Positions 54,573 to 59,730 of a stretch of DNA of 59,730 bases are shown piece after piece. Each line of letters begins with the position of its first letter. The first letter of the stretch is position 1. The DNA comes from Terriglobales bacterium (lineage in GTDB: Bacteria > Acidobacteriota > Terriglobia > Terriglobales > Acidobacteriaceae): contig DASYWT010000199.1 in assembly GCA_035935775.1 (NCBI GenBank), forward strand, positions 1-59,730. Direction: 5' to 3'. The position numbers were made by a program, and so were the translations under genes. Below the pieces are notes generated by a model that worked only from the letters and a program-made list of their open reading frames with translations, ran no database searches and was not told where the DNA came from.

Positions 54573-55205
54573 CTATGCCGCGCTGATGTTCTCGGCTGAT
54601 TCGGTGGGCTTGGTCTTCTGCCAGGTGTAGTAAATGCGGTGGATAACCGTAATGTTGGAGAAGACCGCCAGCACCCATAGCACCGGCGCCATGCGGTTGA
54701 AGACGGCGCCAATGATCACCAGCACCAGACGCTCCGGCCGTTCCAGAAATCCCACCCGGCAGGAGCCGATCAGAGATTCGGCCCGGGCGCGGGTGTAACT
54801 CACCATCACGGAGCCGGTCATCACCACCGCCACTAACACAACATAAAAGAAACGGTTGGCGCGCGCGTAGTAAACCAGCAGGCCAAAGAAGATCGCCACA
54901 TCGCTGTAGCGATCCACCACGGAATCGAAGAAGCCGCCAAAGCGCGTCACTCGGTTGCTCGCCCGCGCCACCCGCCCATCCACCAGATCCATGAAACCGG
55001 CGGCGAACACCACCAGGCCGGCATAGAAGAACATGGCCCGCTGGTTGGCTCCACCGGCATAGCCGAAAAAGCAGGCGGCGATGAGGTTGATGACCAGGCC
55101 CAGAAAGGTGAGCACGTTGGGACTGACGCGGGCAATGGCCATCCGGCGCACGATGGCCGTCAACAGCACTCGGCAACCGCGCCCGAACGCGCCTGTCCAG
55201 CTCAT
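54573..55205 (-). CDS. CDP-alcohol phosphatidyltransferase family protein
   Basis: Signature D-G-x2-A-R-x8-G-x3-D-x3-D visible as DLVDGRVARASNRVTRFGGFFDSVVDRYSD, with a polytopic layout. Confidence 0.9.
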   Translation of the reverse strand: MSWTGAFGRGCRVLLTAIVRRMAIARVSPNVLTFLGLVINLIAACFFGYAGGANQRAMFFYAGLVVFAAGFMDLVDGRVARASNRVTRFGGFFDSVVDRYSDVAIFFGLLVYYARANRFFYVVLVAVVMTGSVMVSYTRARAESLIGSCRVGFLERPERLVLVIIGAVFNRMAPVLWVLAVFSNITVIHRIYYTWQKTKPTESAENISAA

Positions 55206-55675
55206 TGCGCCCCGTCGTGGATGGTGATAAGGCTCAGGATCTCCAGTTCGCGCTTGCCGGTAGGGGTGTGGACCAGGGTGGTGTCCCCGACCTTCTTGTT
55301 CAGCAGGGCGCGGCCGATGGGCGAGGTGGTGGAAATCTTTCCCTGGGTTACGTCGGATTCTTCGCTGGTCACCAGTTCGTACTCAATCTCTTCTTCCTTG
55401 GTTGAGTCGTACACCTTAACCTTGGATCCCAGCCCCGCCTTGTCGCGAGGAATGTTGTTCATGTTGATCAGGGAAAGGTCGGCCATGCGCTTCTTGAGCT
55501 GCCCCAGGCGGGCGCGGACATACTCCTGACGCTGCTTGGCCATGTGATACTCGGCGTTTTCGCTAAGGTCGCCGAGCGCGATGGCCTTTTTCAGTTCCTT
55601 AGGCAGGTCGTGATTAAGTTCGTACTCCAGGGTGTCAATTTCTTCCTGAAGTTTGCGCTTGATGTGCTCCGGCAT
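55202..55675 (-). CDS. greA: Transcription elongation factor GreA
   Basis: Coiled-coil N-domain with ALGDLSENAEYHMAKQRQ and a C-terminal domain with ISTTSPIGRALLNKKVGD. Confidence 0.95.
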   Translation of the reverse strand: MPEHIKRKLQEEIDTLEYELNHDLPKELKKAIALGDLSENAEYHMAKQRQEYVRARLGQLKKRMADLSLINMNNIPRDKAGLGSKVKVYDSTKEEEIEYELVTSEESDVTQGKISTTSPIGRALLNKKVGDTTLVHTPTGKRELEILSLITIHDGAQ

Positions 55676-55982
55676 AACTCGCGCTAGCGATTATAACGCG
55701 GGCGGCAGAGGTTGGTGTGCACGTACACGACACGCGGCCTTTGTCCCAATATGGGCTATACCGTAACCATATTTCGCGACGGGAAGAGGAATTGCTAACC
55801 CGCAGGCCCGAAAGGGGAACAAGGGGCACGCGGCAAGGCGTTCGAAAATCACCTCTTCGGCGCTCAAGTGAAATGCGACAATGGCGCTCTAACACCAACC
55901 TGGAATTGACGTTTTGGGCAACTCCCGCTATAATTTTGACAGTTGTTCCTCTGGCCCAGTCCTGCGCTCGCGGGTGCCCTTC

Positions 55983-56519
55983 ATGATGATCACTGATGCC
56001 AATTTCCACATAGGTGACAAAGTCGTTTATCCCAACCATGGCGTAGGAATTATCGAGCAAATCAGCAGCCGGACCATTGGCGCCACCGTTGAAAAATTCT
56101 ACTTACTCAAGATTAAGTCCAGTAGTCTCAAGGTGATGGTGCCTTTCAGCAACGTCAACACTGTGGGACTCAGACGGGTAGTGCGCAACGGCGAAATCCA
56201 GAAAATCCTGGACTTTTTGACCGATGGGGAATGTAACAACAACGCCGATTGGAAATACCGCTTTAAGGAGAATTCCGAGCGGATGCGTACGGGTTCTCTG
56301 CTGGATGTGGCTGCCGTCCTCAAAAGCCTACTGGTTCTCAACCAGACTAAGCCTTTGTCCTTCCGCGAGAAGAAGATGCTGGAGCGGGCCCGCTATCTGC
56401 TGGTCAGCGAACTGGCCCTGGCCAAGAACGTGGACGAAGAGCACATTGAGCAGTTGCTGAATAAGGCGCTGTCCAAATCGAGGCTGCGCTTTCCCGAAGC
56501 AGCACCCGCCGAGGCCTGA
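55983..56519 (+). CDS. carD: CarD/CdnL-family RNA polymerase-binding transcription factor
   Basis: FHIGDKVVYPNHGVGIIEQI...EKFYLLKI is a Tudor-like RID. The C-terminal helical domain contains WKYRFKEN. Likely start is ATG 55983. Confidence 0.9.
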   Translation: MMITDANFHIGDKVVYPNHGVGIIEQISSRTIGATVEKFYLLKIKSSSLKVMVPFSNVNTVGLRRVVRNGEIQKILDFLTDGECNNNADWKYRFKENSERMRTGSLLDVAAVLKSLLVLNQTKPLSFREKKMLERARYLLVSELALAKNVDEEHIEQLLNKALSKSRLRFPEAAPAEA

Positions 56520-56658
56520 AGGGCGTTCAACTCTGTCCCGGTTATCTGACTGTCCAACCATCGGCGGTTCTTCGCTGGCGCGAATAGCACAACCAGGTAC
56601 TCACCTTTGGGCCCACTGCACAAACTTCACAGTCTTTTACACATCCAACTAAGCGGTT

Positions 56659-56958
56659 ATGATGTCCGGAATCCTGCATGTCATTCGCCTGGGCCAGACG
56701 CGGGATAAGTATGACCGCCTGATTCCCGATTATCAGATCACCTACAACGTCTCCAGCGGCAATTCTTTCTCTCGCATAGTGACGGGCGAGGAGGCCCTGG
56801 AAGAGTTTCTGACGCACACAGCAGTAGTTCCGACTGGTGAGCGCGAACGAGCCATGGCCGCACTTCGGAAACATGGCAACACCACCATCACCGGCGTGGA
56901 CATACCGCTCAAGGAAACCGCGCCTCTGGGCATGATGCAGAATCCCAGCGATTATTAG
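56659..56958 (+). CDS. Hypothetical small protein
   Basis: The 99-aa ORF has a natural-looking composition (ILHVIRLGQTRDKYDRLIPDYQITYNV...), better than the antisense ORF 56542..56970. No family recognised. Confidence 0.5.
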   Translation: MMSGILHVIRLGQTRDKYDRLIPDYQITYNVSSGNSFSRIVTGEEALEEFLTHTAVVPTGERERAMAALRKHGNTTITGVDIPLKETAPLGMMQNPSDY

Positions 56959-56961
56959 GCT

Positions 56962-57037
56962 GGTTTTCAAGCCTGCGGTTTTAAGTTTCGTCGAACGGGT
57001 GTTGCACGGGAAACTCGAAACCAGAAACTGGAAACTT
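56962..57037. repeat. GTTTC/GAAAC-type inverted repeat (copy 3, short spacer)
   Basis: ggttttcaagcctgcggttttaagtttcg (56962-56990) and ggaaactcgaaaccagaaactggaaacttc (57009-57037), located just upstream of ruvX. Confidence 0.7.
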
Positions 57038-57061
57038 CACTGCCTCCCCTATAATTCCTGC

Positions 57062-57517
57062 GTGACTTCGGACGATGCCTCGACGGCTTCCAGCCCCGGC
57101 CGCATTCTCGCCTTAGACGTGGGCTCCAAAACCATTGGAAGAGCCGTTTCCGACCCTCTGGGCATCACCGCCCAGGGGCTGGAGACCATTCGCCGCAAGA
57201 ACAAGCGCACTGATTTTGAGGAGCTTGAGCGCACCATCCGCGAGTACGAGGTGCGCGAGATTGTGGTTGGCTATCCTTTGCACATGAGCGGAGCGGCCGG
57301 CTCACAGTCATTGAAAATGCAGGAGTTCGCCGAACAACTGCGCCGCCGTTTCGCCCTTCCTGTTCACCTCTGGGATGAACGCCTGACCTCAGCCCAAGCC
57401 AACCGGCTGTTGCGCGAAGCCGAACTGAGCATCCAGCGCCGGGCACAAGTTGTGGACAGGCTGGCCGCAGTCCTTATCCTGCAATCATTTATGGAGGCCC
57501 GGGGGAGCGGCCGGTGA
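57062..57517 (+). CDS. ruvX: Holliday junction resolvase-like protein RuvX (YqgF)
   Basis: ILALDVGSKTIGRAVSD, IVVGYPLHMSG and VHLWDERLTSAQA. GTG 57062 is the first plausible start in the frame. Confidence 0.9.
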   Translation: MTSDDASTASSPGRILALDVGSKTIGRAVSDPLGITAQGLETIRRKNKRTDFEELERTIREYEVREIVVGYPLHMSGAAGSQSLKMQEFAEQLRRRFALPVHLWDERLTSAQANRLLREAELSIQRRAQVVDRLAAVLILQSFMEARGSGR

Positions 57518-57656
57518 CTGCGGGAATAATGGGGGAGTAATACAGATTTCAATTTTGTAACGGCAGGATGCCTTCCGGGCTCTACAATAATTGCGGTTCA
57601 GCTCAGGGCCTGCATTTCGGTGACGTTCTTAGAGGCATTATTTGTACGGAGGTTCT

Positions 57657-58076
57657 ATGAGCCGGACGGGTTTAGTCCTGAGCGCCAGCCTGCTTCTTGC
57701 AGTTGTGGTGATCGCCGCCCTCTCCGTGGGTTGCAGCGCAATGAATTCCTCCAACCGCGTGCTCCAGTCCATTGCGGTAACCCCTGCCAATGCGGATGCA
57801 CAGGGTTCCGCGATGGGACAGGTGCAGTTCACCGCGACCGGCACATTCAGCAAGCCACCCTCTCCGGCGCTCGTTCCGTTTGTTGACCCATACTCGGGAA
57901 GTTGGATGGTCTCCAATACGAAAATAGCGAGCATCAGCCAAAACGGCATGGCGCAGTGCGTCTCCGGAGCATCCGGCACGGTGACGGTAACGGCCATTGC
58001 CTCCTCCAACTCAGCGATGGGCATGGGCCAGATGTCAACGGCGGTTTCCGGCACCGCAAAGCTTACGTGTCCCTGA
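57657..58076 (+). CDS. Lipoprotein with bacterial Ig-like (Big_2-type) domain
   Basis: GGAGG lies 5 nt upstream of ATG 57657. Lipobox LSVGC, then LQSIAVTPANADAQGSAMGQVQFTATGTF...ASGTVTVTAIA, typical of Big_2. Confidence 0.7.
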   Translation: MSRTGLVLSASLLLAVVVIAALSVGCSAMNSSNRVLQSIAVTPANADAQGSAMGQVQFTATGTFSKPPSPALVPFVDPYSGSWMVSNTKIASISQNGMAQCVSGASGTVTVTAIASSNSAMGMGQMSTAVSGTAKLTCP

Positions 58077-58241
58077 GGAATCCAGCTGCATCAGCATGCG
58101 CGAACCCGCCAACCTCAACCTCTTTGTGCCTTGCCAATCAGGCAGTTAGCGACTGACCAGCATTTGACCTCGATTTGAGGCGCTTTGGATTGCTATCCCG
58201 GCCCGCCAGCGCCAAGTTGTTCTCGCGTAAGGAGGACAATT

Positions 58242-58979
58242 ATGGCGCTGCAAGAAATTCCCACATTCTCTCAGCTTTATCAGCAGACGGAGGCTCGGCT
58301 CCGTGAATGTGAATTAGGCTTTGCCCCGGCCAAACGCATCCAGGAAAGCTTTGTGGCGGCGGCCGAAAAGAGGTCTCTGCTGTGGCTGGCCGCACGCACG
58401 CCAGCCTGGATCAACTCCGACCACCTGACGCTGCTGGGTTTCGCCGGCAACCTGGCGGCCGGCATCTGCTACGCGCTGGCAAGATGGGAGCCGCAGATGC
58501 TGCTGGGGGCCGTGGCCTGCCTGGCGGCTAACTGGCTGGGAGACAGCCTCGATGGCACGCTGGCGCGCGTGCGGAACCGGCAGCGACCACGCTACGGCTT
58601 CTACGTGGACCATGTGATTGACACCTTCTCCGCCTTCTTCCTCATGGGCGGCCTTGCGCTTTCCGGCTACGTGCACCCGGACGTTGCCATGGGCATGCTG
58701 GTGGCCTTCCTTATGCTTTCGGTTGAGGTGTACCTGGCGAGTTATACGCTGAAGACTTTTCGCCTGTCCTACGCGAAATTTGGTCCGACGGAAATCCGCA
58801 TTCTGCTGGCGGTGGGCAGCGTGGCGCTTCTGTTCCGCCCTGTCGTCCACATATTGGATCGACCTTACCTGCTTTTTGACGTAGGCGGGGTAATCGCCAT
58901 CGCCGGGATGGTGAGCATACTGATAGTGTCAGCCATTTGCCACACGGTGCAGCTCTACCGCGAGGAGCAGCCCCAGTGA
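58242..58979 (+). CDS. CDP-alcohol phosphatidyltransferase family protein (second paralog)
   Basis: DSLDGTLARVRNRQRPRYGFYVDHVIDTF carries the family signature. AAGGAGG RBS before ATG 58242. Confidence 0.85.
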   Translation: MALQEIPTFSQLYQQTEARLRECELGFAPAKRIQESFVAAAEKRSLLWLAARTPAWINSDHLTLLGFAGNLAAGICYALARWEPQMLLGAVACLAANWLGDSLDGTLARVRNRQRPRYGFYVDHVIDTFSAFFLMGGLALSGYVHPDVAMGMLVAFLMLSVEVYLASYTLKTFRLSYAKFGPTEIRILLAVGSVALLFRPVVHILDRPYLLFDVGGVIAIAGMVSILIVSAICHTVQLYREEQPQ

Positions 58980-59416
58980 GCACCAGTGAAGGCTGGCGCG
59001 CAACCGGCTGGCGCTGGTGCAAGTTCATTCTGGTGGGCGCGATCGGGGTGGTTGTGCAGTTGGGCGTCCTGGCGCTACTGACCGCTCTCGGCATGCACTA
59101 TATGGTGGCGACGGCACTGGCGGTGGAGGCGGCCGTGCTGCACAACTTCGCCTGGCACCAGAATTTCACCTGGAGCGACCGGGGCGGAAGCATTCCGGGC
59201 AGGCTGGCACGATTTCATTTGACCAATGGCGTCATTTCCCTTGTCGGGAATCTGGCGCTAATGCGGCTAATGGTGGGATATTGGGGGCTACCCCCGGTTC
59301 CGGCGAACTTGCTTAGCATCGCGGCTTGTTCGCTTGCCAATTTTGTGGCGGCGGATCGAGTGGTGTTTTTGGGACGCAGCTCTCCTGAGACAGGGGCGAT
59401 GTTCAGTCGTCTCTGA
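58976..59416 (+). CDS. GtrA-family membrane protein
   Basis: WRWCKFILVGAIGVVVQLGVLALL...HNFAWHQNFTW...NLLSIAACSLANF has a GtrA-like four-TM layout. The GTG start overlaps the upstream stop (GTGA). Confidence 0.8.
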   Translation: MSTSEGWRATGWRWCKFILVGAIGVVVQLGVLALLTALGMHYMVATALAVEAAVLHNFAWHQNFTWSDRGGSIPGRLARFHLTNGVISLVGNLALMRLMVGYWGLPPVPANLLSIAACSLANFVAADRVVFLGRSSPETGAMFSRL

Positions 59417-59539
59417 CGGGACTGTGGTGCTTCGGGAGATGCGGAAGTTCAGGCAGTTGCACGCCTTAGAATCAGTAAGTTACCTGTTTACAATACCGAT
59501 TGAGGGTCTCCAGTGCGACGTTTTTTTCTACCCAACGAC

Positions 59540-59572
59540 TGTGGAGTATAATGTGGAGTAAAATGTGGATGA
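59540..59572. promoter_or_regulatory. Three direct repeats of TGTGGAGTA (12-bp period) upstream of the RHH gene, candidate operator
   Basis: tgtggagta at 59540 and 59552, and tgtggatga at 59564. tataat lies within the first spacer. The repeats end 12 nt before ATG 59584. Confidence 0.45.
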
Positions 59573-59583
59573 GGTTCGACAAT

Positions 59584-59730
59584 ATGGAGACAATCCAGAT
59601 TGTTCTCGACCGAAAGCTTTTGCAGGCTGCCGACCAAGCCGCGCGGCGGACCAAGCGGAATCGGTCCGCCTTGGTACGCGACGCCCTGCGGGAGCACCTG
59701 CGGAGGTTGGAAGCCCGCGCTCGAGAGGAA
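59584..59730 (+). CDS. Ribbon-helix-helix (CopG/antitoxin-like) protein, partial at window edge
   Basis: Absent from the ORF track because it is open-ended. My translation is METIQIVLDRKLLQAADQAARRTKRNRSALVRDALREHLRRLEARAREE, showing the beta-strand IQIVLD and helix SALVRDALREHL typical of RHH antitoxins. Confidence 0.7.
   Translation, partial: METIQIVLDRKLLQAADQAARRTKRNRSALVRDALREHLRRLEARAREE

Overview
This is a GC-rich chromosomal segment (about 60 percent by eye, not computed). Its gene content points to an Acidobacteriota (Terriglobia-like) genome: a PadR regulator plus duplicated orphan FtsX permease (ADOP), a 1239-aa CarboxypepD_reg-type TonB-dependent receptor, a Hanks kinase with a TPR tail, and a 1542-aa multi-PAS hybrid histidine kinase. 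Positions 1-1728 look like the right end of a prophage. They hold a terS-like gene, a large terminase split into ATPase and nuclease ORFs, and a 45-nt tRNA(CAU) 3-prime half that fits an att duplication. The rest is mostly housekeeping (msrA, msrB, rpsA, rnr, murJ, polA, greA, carD, ruvX, bactofilin, MltD-like transglycosylase, isoaspartyl peptidase). These are interleaved with accessory or unknown-function genes: a DUF3300/DUF2950 pair, an orphan TolC, an orphan RNR-R2-like diiron protein, an orphan GvpA/J-like gene, a molybdoenzyme plus cytochrome b pair, a B12-radical SAM enzyme plus Tat-exported FAD oxidase, two CDP-alcohol phosphatidyltransferases, and a partial RHH antitoxin at the right edge. 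Intergenic DNA carries at least five short-repeat families. These are (CTGACTC)n arrays abutting stop codons, GTTTC/GAAAC octamer-array hairpins that bracket the padR-ADOP operon, a 140-bp MITE-like element with half copies, long inverted repeats between convergent genes, and TGCTGAATGC-type degenerate repeats. Three genes show frame breaks at homopolymer runs, so sequence errors or pseudogenisation must be considered. I did not find a clearly novel multi-gene system. The best leads are the Shine-Dalgarno-like heptamer arrays at stop codons, the repeat-bracketed padR-ADOP module, the orphan gas-vesicle-family gene in a degraded islet, repeat-like in-frame insertions in RNase R, and a bipolar acidic/basic disordered protein. 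All family calls rest on motif recognition by eye; no searches were run.
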